DNA from: Octopus vulgaris
Taxonomy: Eukaryota
Assembly (NCBI GenBank): GCA_951406725.2
Contig: OX597832.1
Span: forward strand, 28,706,001-28,770,000
Direction: 5' to 3'
Length of the DNA stretch: 64,000 nucleotides
The position numbers were made by a program, and so were the translations under genes. The notes below the pieces were generated by a model. That model was not told the origin of the DNA, ran no database searches, and saw only the letters and a list, made by a program, of their open reading frames with translations. Below are positions 43,800-59,215 of this stretch, in pieces. Numbering within the stretch: position 1 is the first letter of the stretch; each line of letters opens with the position of its first letter.

Positions 43800-44311
43800 T
43801 TTTTTCTAATGGAGCGAACAAAAGAAATTTGGAGAGAAAGTACCACAATGTTAAATTATTCGAAGCTGTGCATATTCCCAGCTGGAGCAACTTCCCATTA
43901 CTTACGCTGTTTGTCAATAAACTTGGGGAAAAGTTTGCACCACAGCTACACAAATGTGTGAAAGAAATTATAATTTTTCTCCTCACACAATGCTGCAGAT
44001 CCCCCAGCAACACGGAGGTGTAGGTGGCCATCCTGTAGAAATTTTCCTGGAGCGTCGTAGCCATGTGCTGAAAGGAATTCTTTGGGGTTTGAATAATACA
44101 CCACTGGAAACATGGGTGTTTTGTTCAACATCCTTAAATTACCCTTATCCGGGGACCTTTTGAGCGGGAAGGGCTACTCGACCAGACGAAAATTTTAACT
44201 GGGACCCACCTGCAAGGTCATACACGTTTATCATGATATGTGGTTGTGATGCATGTGCCTGGTGTACCTTTATCAGACAGGTTATCATGATGGGTATATG
44301 GGCCTTCGTAT
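43800..44311 (-). mobile_element. Probable LINE 5' region (RTE-like), partly shared with the 555-bp element
   Basis: Reverse complement of 44050-44311 aligns with about 11510-11797, then diverges; the LINE assignment is from recall and is uncertain. Confidence 0.55.
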
Positions 44312-44321
44312 AGCTTGGGGA

Positions 44322-44540
44322 AATATTGGTTTCAAATTTTGGCACAAGGCCAGCAATTTCGAGGGAGGGGGCAAGTAGATCACATTGACCCCAGTGTTCA
44401 ACTGGTACTTATTTTATCGACTTCGAAAGGGTGAAAGGCAAAGCCGACCTCGGCGGAATTCGAACTCAGGACGCGAAGACGGGAGAAAGGCCGCTAAACA
44501 TTTTGTCCGGGGCAGTAACGATTCTCCCAGCTCGTCACCT
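44322..44540 (-). mobile_element. SINE family D
   Basis: Colinear with 19335-19549; B-box-like GAGTTCGAATTCC on - strand. Confidence 0.85.
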
Positions 44541-45147
44541 TTGCTTGGCGTAATATCAAAGTCATATCATACGACCATTTCCTCACCCCCAGCCCCAGCA
44601 GTTAGAGCATTAGCTAGAAATAGTTTTCCTTATTGGTGGCCCTTTCTAAAAATAGTTTTTTCTTATTGGTGGCTCTTTCCGTTATTTTCTTAATTTTTTT
44701 TTTTTTGTTTAAATCACCGATATAATGTTAGAAAGGTTTGTTTGTCCCTGTGTTCTGATTACCAAGCTTGTTTTTTTTTTGTGAAAGTATAAATAAAAGT
44801 GTTGTGTTTACTGGAAACTATTAAATCTGGTTTCACGCACATTGTTACGCTAAACAGTCAGATGGCCTGTTGCGGGAACCCCTCTGTGCGCTGTCGCGCG
44901 ATCTGCTATCAAATAGCAGATAAATCTTGTTCGTAATATGTTTTGCCGTCTTAAAAATGAATGAATAGAAATAGTTAGCCACGTGACTAGTGTCTTCTGT
45001 ATACTAATGGATTAGCGAGAGACTCAAGTTAAAGATTTTCTTTTCAAACAACGGATCTATGCTTAGTTGTGTTATATAGAGCAACATATACAGAGATCTG
45101 AATATATGCATACACAACTACATACATAATTACATACATAAATACAA

Positions 45148-45450
45148 GTGAAGGCGCATGGCTCAGTGGTTAGAGCGTCGAGATTACGATCATGAGGTTG
45201 TGAATTCGAATCCCAGACCGGGCTGCGTGTTGTTGTTCTTGAGCAAGACACTTTATTTCACGTTGCTCCAGTTCACTCAGCTGTAGAAATGAGTTGCGAC
45301 GTCACAGGTGCCAAGCTGTATCGGCCTCTTTGCCTTTCTCTTAGATAACACCGGTGGCGTGGACAGGGGAGGCCGGTAAGCATGGGCTGGTCTTCCATAA
45401 ACAACTTTCTGGGTGCAATCCCATGGTCAGTCATGACCGAAGGAGGTCTC
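45148..45450 (+). mobile_element. SINE, body C + tail Z
   Basis: TGGCTCAGTGG A box, GAATTCGAATCCC B-box-like, CTTGAGCAAGACACTTTATTTCACGTTGCTCCAG, then a third tail type. Confidence 0.85.
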
Positions 45451-46096
45451 AGCACACAAATACAAACATTCATGTATATACACACAAACAAAACTATACA
45501 TATATACATACACACGCACACACACACACACACACACATCATGTACAAACATACATACATATGTATGTATGTGACTGTGTGCGTCTGCGAGTGCGTGTGT
45601 GTACAAACACAAATACGCGCGCACACGCACACACAAACACTCATACACACATGTAAATCTGCTCAATTAAATTCTCACTGGGTTCAAATTGGGGGTTTCA
45701 TCCTCTATCATGCTCAGTTACATATTCGTTTTTATATTCCTGGACGGTTGGAATGAGGCTAGGCGGCAAAATGGTACATGCACCAGTAATATACTGTGGT
45801 AAGATCAACCAATCGTGTTGAATTGTAGATTGTAGTCTGCCTCTTAATTACACATAAACAATTTTGTTATCGCGATTGGTTTGGTTTGAACTCTTTATAG
45901 ACACTTGATTTGTGTAAAATGATCGCTTTATAATACTTTAACTGTGTCTATATACTGTATATATATATATATGATGTATTTATGGTGTATATATTACATT
46001 AAAAGGCTTTCTAGACGGTTCAAACACAGCCACCAAAGTCTGGAAGTCTTTAAGGAGAGAATGACACGCGATGAAGACGATATCTCTCTCCTCAAA

Positions 46097-46234
46097 ACCA
46101 CCACTACCACCATCACCAGCGCCGCCGCCACCGCCACAACCACATCCACCACCACCACCACCACCACCACCACCAACACCAACACCACCAGCACCACTGA
46201 TAACAACAGCAGCAACAACATCAACATCATCATC

Positions 46235-46268
<34 letters not shown>

Positions 46269-46388
46269 GCAGCAGCAGCCACAGCAGCAGCAGCCACAGC
46301 AGCAGCAGCAACGACCAGACCACCACCACCACCAGCAACAACAACGGTAACAACAAAGATGTCAACCACAACAACAACAACAACCAAA
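46097..46388. repeat. Mixed (CAC/CAA/CAG)n tract
   Basis: Directly visible. Confidence 0.9.
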
Positions 46389-46636
46389 CACTAAATAAAC
46401 TGACAAATCGTTATCTGAAGATAGCCAATCAAAAGTGTTTCTTGTTTACTTTAATTTCCTAATTGACTTAAAATTGATTGGCCAATGTATAAGCATCTGT
46501 ATATATGAGTGTTTATATGTGTATGGGTATATATATATATACATACATATATATGTATACATATATACCTATATATATATACATATATACATATATATCT
46601 ATATACTATATATATGCATATATACATATAATACAC

Positions 46637-46698
46637 ATACATAGACTATGTACGTGCATCAAGATATATGCAAGCCAACGTACATACAGTCTTATATG

Positions 46699-46789
<91 letters not shown>

Positions 46790-46839
46790 ACTGTATGTTG
46801 GCTTGCATATATCTTGATGCACGTACATAGTCTATGTAT
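46637..46839. repeat. Inverted repeat with 59-bp arms around a (TA)n spacer
   Basis: 46637-46699 is the reverse complement of 46781-46839 apart from a 4-nt GTAC indel. Confidence 0.92.
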
Positions 46840-46907
46840 ATGTATATATATATACATATACATATGTATATACTATGTATATGTATATGTATATATACAT
46901 GTATATG

Positions 46908-46938
<31 letters not shown>

Positions 46939-47057
46939 GTGAGTATATGTACATACAAACATACATACATACATATATATATGCATACACACACATATAT
47001 ATAGGAGTGCTCGACTATATGTATGTGTGTGTATGTTTGCATGATTGTATACTCTTT

Positions 47058-47198
<141 letters not shown>

Positions 47199-47791
47199 TA
47201 CATATATATATATACACATATATACATGTGTGTGTATGTGTGTGTGTATGTGTGTATACATGTATATGTGTACACACACGCACGCGCGTGCAAGCACACC
47301 CAGTTTCAATCTAGCTTCAGTACATTCGGATCAGAACGAGGCTTGCTCTCTCTCGGTCTCTCAAACGAATTTTATTGTCAGAAGATAACCAGACTAAATC
47401 GGACAGATTTGTAGATTGGGTAGCTGTGTATAAGTATCAGTATATGTCATGGTACACGAGGCAGTCTATGTAGCAGTATATGTGGTAGTATATGCAGCCA
47501 TATGTATACGAGTCTTAGGTATATCGGTTTATGTCGAAGCCAAATTGCAGATGACTTATCGAAGCAATGGCTTGGGTTGATAAAATGGCAGCGATAGAAG
47601 TTATTAAGAGTGACTTCTGATCAACTGTGGCGGCCTGAAACGGATTCAATGTTTAAACTGATGAGGTGTGTCTTGTTGTGTGGCGCGGGGTTATGGAAAG
47701 GATGTGTATGTGCGTGTGTGTGTGTGCGCGCATGTAGGTGAGTATGTGTCTACATGTACATATATATGTGATAGTATGTGAATGCATGTGA

Positions 47792-47829
<38 letters not shown>

Positions 47830-47877
47830 TATATTTCCATGCCCAATCACATATATGTTTACATTTCTATCTATCTG

Positions 47878-47946
<69 letters not shown>

Positions 47947-48164
47947 AAAGCATGTATATTATAAACATATATATATATATAAATATGTGCATGCGTATAC
48001 ATACGCAATTAAATATGTATGAATATGTATGCATGTGTGTATGTGTTTGCGTATGTATGTAATGCATATATAATATACACACAGACAAACGCACATACAC
48101 ATAGCCCCCCCCCGCCTAACCGACTTACTGTGACGTTTGGTGTGGTAACTAAATACGGTGTGTG

Positions 48165-48209
<45 letters not shown>

Positions 48210-48839
48210 TATATAAGATATAAGATATATATATAATATATATATACATATATACACATATATATAAGTATATATATATATATATGTGAGTGTATATGTG
48301 TGTGTGGGGTGTATGTATGTATGTATGTATTTATGTATGTATGTATGTATGTATGTGTGTGTGTATGTACGTGTGTTTGTATGTATGTATGTATGTATGT
48401 ATGTATGTATGTATGTATGTATGTATGTATGTATGTATGAATGTATGTATGTTTGCATGTATGTATGTATGTATGAATGAATGTATGTATGTATGTATGT
48501 ATGTATGCATACATTTGCTGTTCAGTAAATACGATGTATATATATATATATATATGTATTTCCTGTTCAGGTAAGGCAGACATAACGGTGCAACCTGATT
48601 CTTTCCGTCTTCTTCTATTACCAGTCACTTTGTTACTGAAACTCTCTTTGTAAACCTAGACGCCATCTTTGATGGAAGGTTTAGTTTCTCGGGGCAGAGC
48701 CTTGCTTAAGCAAGTGTTAAAATGGCCGACGAGAAATTCCAGGAAATAACAAAGAGACAGCCATTTTTTTTTTTTTATTGGTTGTTTGTGGTTTATAATT
48801 TAATTTCATTTATATTTCATCATCGCAGTAGTCACGTCA

Positions 48840-49258
<419 letters not shown>

Positions 49259-49747
49259 CAAAGGCGGGGAGCAACAGAATCGTTAGAATGCCGGACGAAA
49301 TGTTTTGCGGCTTTTCATCGGCTTTAAAACGGAATGGTAATTTCATTAAACAGTTAATTACAATTGTTGATGAAGTATAAAGAGGCGTTTCTCTACAATT
49401 CACAATTAGCTAAAATGATGGGTATTAAAATTAATTATATCAAGAAAAAATATCTTCCAGATTAATGAGTTTGCATCAAACTTTCTACTTCCGGTCTGAA
49501 GGCTGGAAGTTTGTTTCTTTTTCTGAATTAGACTTTTTCATAAATCAGGGAAAATAAGAGAAAATATCCAAAAGGAATTACTTTTCCTTGCATTCCAGAA
49601 AGCAATGTCACAAAACGAACGGTTAATGTCTAGAATATCGACACAGTCACGTGACTTGTAGTAACATTCAATAAACACTTATATGTGACCAAACTTCATC
49701 GAGATTTTGAGAATTTATTTCCTTCGTTTATTATGTAACAGTGACAT

Positions 49748-49843
49748 GGCACCGAGCTGGCAAAATCGTTGCCTTTCATCCTTTAGGAGTTCGATAAGAT
49801 AAGGACTAACTGAGCATTGGAGTCGATGTAATCGACTTACCCC
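49748..49843 (+). mobile_element. Internally deleted SINE family D
   Basis: GAGCTGGCAAAATCGTT joined directly to GCCTTTCATCCTTT...GTCGATGTAATCGACTT. Confidence 0.65.
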
Positions 49844-50529
49844 GTTTTTTTTATGAGCCTGTCCCCCCTTTTAACATGAAGGCCAGTTCTCTTACCATTG
49901 AAAAATCTATTTCGTAATCAACTTTTTCAATGGGGAAGACAACTCACTCCCAACAAGCAAGTTAATCTTCATTAAAATAGAAGCCAAATAATCGCATGCG
50001 GATTTTTTTAGAGAATTAATATACTTAATATAAGTAAAATCTCTGACCCACTGTTCCTTATTTTCAATGCAATAGACACCATATGCCGGTCGGGAGTAAC
50101 TTTCTCTATAGGCATAATAAAGAAGCCAAATCTTGGTCTCCAAAATATCTCTGCATCTTTAAAACGAGGCTCACTTAAGCACGCCATATTAATGGCTCCT
50201 TCAGTCAACCAAAATGAAGATGTTATTAATTTTCAACATTTATCGCCAGAGCCAGATCAAAGATATGAACCTTGGATCGATCGATGATGTCTACGCACCA
50301 TCTGACCTGCTGTACAACAATAACAACAATGACAAGAAAAATTACAACAGACACAACACTTAAAATGGCGGAAAAGCAATCTTTATTTACGCTGACCAGT
50401 TTAACAATGGCGGTCATTGGCTGCTAATTGTTGATGAATGGCAACTTTGATTCAGAAACGTTTAGATTAAGTCAAGGTTGAAGTTAAAGACACGAAGGAA
50501 GAAAGGTTTATTGCACACTGTGCAGTGTA

Positions 50530-50769
50530 TATGTGTGTATGTATGCATGTGTGTACGTATGTATGTATGTATGTATGAATGTATGTATGTATGTATGTAT
50601 GTATGTTTGTATGTATGTATTTACGTATGTATGTATGTATGTTTGTATGTATGTATGTATGTATGTTTGTATGTATGTATGTATGTTTGTATGTATGTAT
50701 GTATGTATGTATGTTTGTATGTATGTATGTATGTATGTATGTATGTATGTATGTATGTATGTATGTATG

Positions 50770-50832
<63 letters not shown>
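50530..50832. repeat. (TATG)n-(TA)n-(TG)n compound microsatellite
   Basis: Directly visible. Confidence 0.95.
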
Positions 50833-50835
<3 letters not shown>

Positions 50836-51832
50836 TCTCTTTCTCTTTTTAATTTAGAATAAATTTTGACCAGTCACCTACTTGGTAGCGAAATTGTGGA
50901 GAAAAGCGCTTTGTTTTCTTCATCATCCTCTAAATCTTCAGAAAGTCTTGCAGATTTTTATAAGTCTTGCATTTTTTTTTCATCTTATTATTTGTCGTGC
51001 ATCAATTAAGGGTTTGCGTCACCTCACCGAATAGCCCAGGGTCAGCCATACTTTTCTTCCAGACGGGTTGGCATATATGCTGTTGCTCCAGTAAAAATAG
51101 CTATGAAGCTAAAAATGTAATTTGGATACTAGAACTGCAAACCCCTTATCAATATATGAGTGGATGGACGGGTGGATTGATGGATGGATGGATGGATGGA
51201 TGGGTGGATGGATGCATGGGTGGATGGATGGATGGGTGAATTGATGGATGGATGGATGGACAGATACAGGACACTTGTTGCTTAAACATTTGCTTGTCAT
51301 CTATAAAAAAATTTTCCTCAATTCCGCATCTTTTAGAGGAATTTTCTACGGTCGAATCCAAACTCGAACATGAGATTATCCAAAAATATTTTCCAAGCAT
51401 CACAATAACACAACTCATCCCATTTCTTTCAAAGGCTTGAATAACATAATTCAATACGCTTAGCGTTCATTTGTTGTTTTCCGGCTGAAGACGGTTTTGT
51501 TTGTGATTTTCATATGTAATTCCCAACATGAGACTTCTATACATTCATGTTCTGGTTATATAGTATACACACCGCTACCAGAAACTTATTAGCCTTGAAT
51601 ATATAATTAAAGCACACACGTATATATATACCGGTAGAGAATATATTAATTTTAATATATTTCATGTAAGTTGATTATAATTAAAATAGACTGTATATTA
51701 TATATATACATGCATATATACATAAATATATACATATATTTATATGCATATTTGACTAAAAGACTTCACCAGGTGGTGCTATTAAATTAGACATGGCCTC
51801 GACCTATACTGGCCGAAACCTATCAAAGTCAC

Positions 51833-51945
<113 letters not shown>

Positions 51946-52068
51946 TACATATACATACATACATATATATTTACATATATATATATATATGTATATACAA
52001 ATATAGATATTTATATACATACATATATATATATACATACATATATATATATATATGTACACACATAC

Positions 52069-52126
<58 letters not shown>

Positions 52127-52628
52127 ATTGAATTATAATCAACTTGCATATGTGTATATATATACATATATATACTTACGCATAGATACTTGTAAATACA
52201 TATATATTTGTGCGTGTGTATGTATGTATGTGTCTTGTACTTTAATGTAAAGGTTGCGCTATTTTCATTGGAACGGATTTCGTTTGTCTAAACTTTATAC
52301 CTGTCTTAATCAACGTAGTTTATACCAGACCGGAAGTGAACGGATAGGATATCAGAGAAGGGCATGTGTGTACGTGTGTGTGTGTTTGTGTGTATGTGTG
52401 TGAGTAGCTGTAGATATAGTGTTTGCATACAATTGAGTGAGTCAGTGTGTAGCGCATATATTAAATGTTCGGGTCATTTTCGCTGTCTGTCTATCTATCC
52501 ATCAAGGTGCGTGTGTGCATATATATATATATATATATATACATATATATACACACACGCACATATATAGCATGCCTGTCTGACTATCTATGTATGTATA
52601 TACATATACATACACACACTCACGGGTA

Positions 52629-52664
<36 letters not shown>

Positions 52665-52674
52665 TGTATGTATG

Positions 52675-52715
<41 letters not shown>

Positions 52716-52812
52716 ATGTACCTGTATATGTATACACACACAAACGCTCATACTCCAATATGTGCATCCCTTTGTATGAGTGTACAATACACACACACAC
52801 ACAAACACGTAT

Positions 52813-52911
<99 letters not shown>

Positions 52912-53498
52912 GGTGAGTACACTGGCAGTGCCCCAGCATGGCCACATCCTTAGGACTGAAACACGTAACCGAATAACAATATATATATATTTTTTGTATG
53001 CACACATATACACACGCATAGATGTATGTATGTGTGTGTGTTTTAATGTATATCTTTTTTGTATTTGTCAGTGAAAAAAAGGATAAAGAAAAAAGAAGAC
53101 AAATGTTTCCCGGTGGTTCTATGCCTTCTCTGTGTTATCCACCCTTACAGCACCCCAGATCTACCCCAGGTCCACCTCCACCCAGCACAACACAACACAC
53201 ACATACGCACACACAGACTGACAGAGACGCACCTACGTCACTTCCTCCAAAACCACTTCAAGCAAACGATTCTGTGATTACAGTCCCAGGCAAATGTATT
53301 CAACTGCAAATAGGCTGTGTTTACACAGCGATGGCTCTGTGAAAACAAGTGTGTGTGTGTGTGTGTGTGTGTGTGAGAATGAAAGAGAGATCAATATGTA
53401 TATGTATGTGTCTGCGTTTGTCCTTATATATATATATATGTGTGTGTGTGTATGTATGTATGTATATATATATATATGTGTGTGTGTGAGTGTGTGTG

Positions 53499-53579
<81 letters not shown>

Positions 53580-53779
53580 ATATGTATATATATATGTATA
53601 TATATGTATATATATATATATGTGTGTGTGTGTATGTATGTATATATATATGTATATATATGTATATATATATATATGTGTGTGTGTGTATGTATGTATA
53701 TATATATACACACATAGACACCCTTCCACGCATGCATATACACACACATGCACAGACACATACACAAACACATAAAGGG

Positions 53780-53825
<46 letters not shown>

Positions 53826-54645
53826 CACACGAACACATACATATGTTAATATATACATACACCTATATAGATGTTGTTCGTGTGTTTATACCTGCATGCA
53901 AAAAAAGTTTATATCTATTTGCGTGTGTGCGAGATGTGTGAGTGTGTGTGTGGGTATGATTGTATGTATGCGTGTATCTGTACGGTTTTTGCGTGTGTGT
54001 GTGTGTGGGTTTAGCAAAATGGAATTAGTATGCGTTGGGCATCTAATGTGGTGGTGGAGGTGGGGGAATGAACGTGAATGAAAGGTGGTGGAGGGGGAGG
54101 TAAGATACCGTGGGAGGAGGAGGTGGTGGTGGTGGAGTGGGAGGAAGATGAATGCAGTGTTTGCTTTGGGCGGAGTGGTAGACCCGGAAAAACCTGCTAA
54201 ATATTTGATTGTGCGTGGGTGGGAGATACGGGTGCGAATCGGGGTGCTGTGTATGTAGTGTGGTCGGGGCTGTGGTTGTGGTCGAGGTTGTTTAGGTTGT
54301 GGTGTTTATTGTGGCGTGGTGTTTGTCTTGGTGGTGAGTCAGGGAAGGAACGGTGGTGCTTATGATGTGGTGATGAAGCTTAACGTGCGATCGCTGTGGC
54401 GCTAATGTAGTTTTTGGTAATGGCGTTGGCGGAAGTAACCCTATTTGTGAAGGTGGCTATTGAAAGGTGACGATGGCGGTTTGTGCTCTAGAAGAATCAT
54501 TCTGATTTAAAGCAAGGTGATGGGAAATTGTCTAAGGCAAGACCCTTTCAGACTAACAAGACGGCCATTTTTCCCTTCTATGGAAATTACAATTTTGTTA
54601 CAATTTCTTCTGTTGCTCGCCATTATACTCACGCCACAGTTTACA

Positions 54646-54853
<208 letters not shown>

Positions 54854-54884
54854 GTATACATATACATACATACATAGACACACA

Positions 54885-54933
<49 letters not shown>

Positions 54934-54967
54934 TACATATACATACATACATAGACACACACATTCA

Positions 54968-55037
<70 letters not shown>

Positions 55038-55429
55038 TAATAAATATAGAAAAATAACTGTTGATATATATATATATATATATATATTGTAAAGCGGTCT
55101 TTTGCCACTGTTACATCTGTCTAGACGACGGTTGTCGCTCTGACAGATATTGTTACATTCCGAAGTCGTCGATAGAATGTACTGTACGACCCCCAGTTGT
55201 AACAGTGTTATCATCTTCAAAAGATTGGATCGTTATAACGTCCATTCAGTATCACAGCATAATTAGCATATCACCACAGACACGACTATCAAAACAGACT
55301 ACACGTACTCTCGACCTTTCGACCTTCTCTGCCGACCAGCTACTGGTCTATTTATAATGGCTGGCTACTACCACATTTTACCGGGAGGGTTGTGCAGTTT
55401 CCCTATACAACATCTCTCCTTTTAATTAT

Positions 55430-55800
55430 TTTATTTAACAATCAGTTTCTTTTATTCACCCTACCTCCTCCGTGTTTTCTTATTTTATACTCAAAATCTT
55501 TTCTTCTTAGAGTCTACTTTTAAGAATTCAGTGTTCTTCCTTTTCCTTATATGTGTGGTTTCGACTTCTTAAAAGGGTGTTGGAACCTGAAAAGTGTCAT
55601 ATAGCCAACCTATCCGTATTTCTACTCTTGTTTGTTTCTTTTCCATGACTCTTTCCTTGAGCGGATTTCTATGTCTTCTTATGAAGGTTATGGAGGTTAG
55701 TCTGTTTACTATACATAAAATACAAAATATTTTATTTTTGTAGATTAGGTAGGCATAATTCACTGCTGCTTTTCAATCTCAGTAGTTAAGCCACACGTAT
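55430..55800 (-). pseudogene. Possible decayed GIY-YIG endonuclease of a Penelope-like element
   Basis: ORF 55569-55763 reads LIYK..IFCILC...FI..HRNPLKERVME, compatible with xIYxIxCxxC...YIGxTxxxLxxRxxEH. Confidence 0.45.
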
Positions 55801-55980
55801 TATTGCTGTAGTACACGTGCTGCGTACATTTCTACAACATTGTTTCTTTACGTGCTATAAAGACAGAAATAGATCTGCCTTCGACTCAGTCGCGCGCCTG
55901 TGTTCCGCTTATTTTTTGTGTGTTTTACTATATTAATGTCGCCAACTGCCTACCCTGAAAGATTACTGACGGCACGTACT

Positions 55981-56126
<146 letters not shown>

Positions 56127-56213
56127 GTACATTCTGTTAGCCAGTTTTTGCAGGAATGCTGATTGAAGATCCAGCTCGGATTTTATAATCCTCTTGTATT
56201 TGCTATGTAGACA

Positions 56214-56285
<72 letters not shown>

Positions 56286-56354
56286 AAAAATGTAACTCTA
56301 AACTGAAGGGTCATTCAGCACGTAGGTGTTAATTTTTTACCAAGGAACCATTGC

Positions 56355-56870
56355 CCATGACCACCGAGTTTCGGTTTCTCACCGTCATCAGAGAATAATT
56401 TTCTTTATGGCAGGTTGTTCTTTTGGTAGAGAGAGAGAGAGAGTAATATGCAAGAGAATTAGATGTGGTGTAGGTAGAGAGAACAAGTGGTTGTGTTGAA
56501 AGAGGGAAATGGAGAAGAATAACTGAAAAGTATGTATTCATATACTGTGCGTTGATAAAAAAAGGGTATGGTGGAGGGAGTTATTCTTGTTTGATGCGGA
56601 GTTTTGTTATTGTTTCTAGTTCAGTAAGGATTGAAGGTAAAGGGATAAACAGATGTGTTATATTCAAGTCAAGATATTCTTTGTTTGGAATATTTGCTAT
56701 CGTATAGCATAAGCCAGGCGAAGGTTTAACTTGGTATTAATGTTAGTAGCTTTCTGTTATGATATCTAATCCTGGGTATTTTAGGAAGGATTGTATTGAG
56801 AAGATAACGTTACTGTAAAATATTTATTAGGGTCTACTAATCTCTTTCTAGTATGACTATTTATAAGTAC
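56355..56870 (-). mobile_element. Possible Penelope-like remnant ending in a decayed hammerhead core
   Basis: Broken LDI..RKATN...IANIP peptide pieces, then CTGATGACGGTGAGAAACCGAAAC at 56390-56366. Confidence 0.35.
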
Positions 56871-57058
56871 ATGAATGTAAACAACTGCACGCGTTTAACG
56901 ACATATCGTTACGTACCCTGATAACTGCATAACGCTGATGCGTTTATCTGGATTTAATACTAACGATATGCAGTTACATGCATCCATATATCTACTGTCA
57001 TATAATCCTTCGAAGCCTGTAAATCAGGGCGTATTAAAATATTTGCTGTATATGTATG

Positions 57059-57106
<48 letters not shown>

Positions 57107-57117
57107 TAGAGTTATAC

Positions 57118-57177
<60 letters not shown>

Positions 57178-57254
57178 TAATATATATTGGAATATGTGTG
57201 TGGTTGTGTTTGTGTGTGTGTATACATAGTACACGTGTGTGTGTGTTTATTTGT

Positions 57255-57427
57255 CTTTTTGTCTGTGTTTGTCACCTGCCAACATTTGTAACCGGTGCTG
57301 CTGTGTTTACGTCCTCGTAAATTAGCGGTTCGGCAATAAAGACGGTGAGAATTCATTCGACTAGAAGTCTTTCAAGGCAGCGGTCCAACATGGTCGTAGT
57401 CTAATGATTGCAACAGGTAAGAGGTAA
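57255..57427 (+). mobile_element. Diverged SINE family A 3' half
   Basis: GTGTTTACGTCCTCGTAAATTAGCGGTTCGGCAA...CCAACATGGTCGTAGTC matches the family A tail. Confidence 0.7.
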
Positions 57428-57477
57428 AAAAAACCAAATGATGTATACACACACACACACACGCGCACACACACACA

Positions 57478-57567
<90 letters not shown>

Positions 57568-57934
57568 CGTTTTTGCATGCACGCATTTGTGTATGTGAGT
57601 GTGTATATGCGATTTTAGGTGTATGCATATATTCAGAGGTGTGCTTACCGAGAAGAAAGCTTGGCTGATGTTGAACTCGTTGGTAGAAGGTCATAAGTTC
57701 AAGCCCACACCAGGCGCTGCGTTTCGTGATCGAATATATTAGCAATAACATATTTCCTTTATAACAATATCAGACAATTCATATTATTGCTATTATGTTT
57801 ACATCTCTGTGGGTGTCTACGTTCTTGATAAACTATAACATGTGTGTGTGTGTATGTGTGTATGTGCGCGAGAGTGTATACACACAGACACGGACATATA
57901 TATATATGTATGTATGTATGTGTATATGTGAAAG

Positions 57935-57965
<31 letters not shown>

Positions 57966-58174
57966 GAAAGTATATATATATATATATATGCATATATATA
58001 TATATATATATATATGCATATGTATATATATATAGCTATGTATATTTACACATATACATGTGCATGTATATCTCTCTCTTTCTCTCTCTCTCTCTATATA
58101 TATATCTATATATATATATATATATATACATACATACACACATACATACATACATACATATATATGTATGTATG

Positions 58175-58218
<44 letters not shown>

Positions 58219-58474
58219 TAATCTCAAACATATATGAATGTGTATGCACATAAATAAATAAATTTGTATGTGTGTGAGTGTGATATGTATGTATACATAC
58301 GCATATAGAAACATATATATAATTGCTAGATACACGCACACAAACAGATACACACTTCCACTCTCTCTCTCTCTTTCTCTCTCTCCGTTTCTCTTTCTCT
58401 TTTCTCTCTCTCTCTCTCTTACTCACACACACACAAACACACACACACACAGACACACACACTCAGACAAGCAC

Positions 58475-58510
<36 letters not shown>

Positions 58511-59063
58511 ACACAAACAGAAATTAGTATTCAGAAGAAATCTACCAAAATATGTGCTCCCCAGCCGGAAGCAACAACAAGAAAGGAGAAACAAAAAGAA
58601 AGCCAAAAACACACACAAAAAAAAAATAACTGAAAGATAATAAAGACAACAAAGAACCAAAGACGAAATAAAATGGTAAACACTGAAAAATGGTTTTGTG
58701 ATGTTGTTAATAATAATCATTGGCATCAACCTTTCAGAAATGGCCAAATTCCGGTGCAAGCATATTGACCTCTTTGACATGCATTTGGCAAGCGAGGCAG
58801 CTTTCTGGAAGATCAATAACAAAAGATATTATACATCCGGGTATTTGTGTAAGAGGAATTATCGATTAAGATGCCGTAAAAGTCGTGTCTAATTGTTACT
58901 ACGCATAATACATAAACATACAAATACATATATGTGTATGTGTGTGTATGTGTGTGTGTAAGTAGGTACGTACGTACGTAGAGATATAGACAGACAGACA
59001 AACAGGTAGATAGATGCATAGATAGATAGATAGACAGATAGATGCATAGATAGATAGATAGAC

Positions 59064-59133
<70 letters not shown>

Positions 59134-59151
59134 GTAAATAGGTAGGTAGGT

Positions 59152-59215
<64 letters not shown>

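Noticed and set aside
45148-45225. tRNA gene (A and B boxes present), likewise the other SINE heads
   Set aside because: No complete acceptor stem or poly-T terminator, and it continues into a multi-copy SINE body.
45944-46462. T/N/S-rich ORF resembling a low-complexity transcription-factor exon
   Set aside because: Fully explained by trinucleotide repeats; no domain or convincing splice context.
51270-51530. Possible DNA-transposon internal fragment
   Set aside because: No TIR, second copy or recognisable peptide motif within the window.
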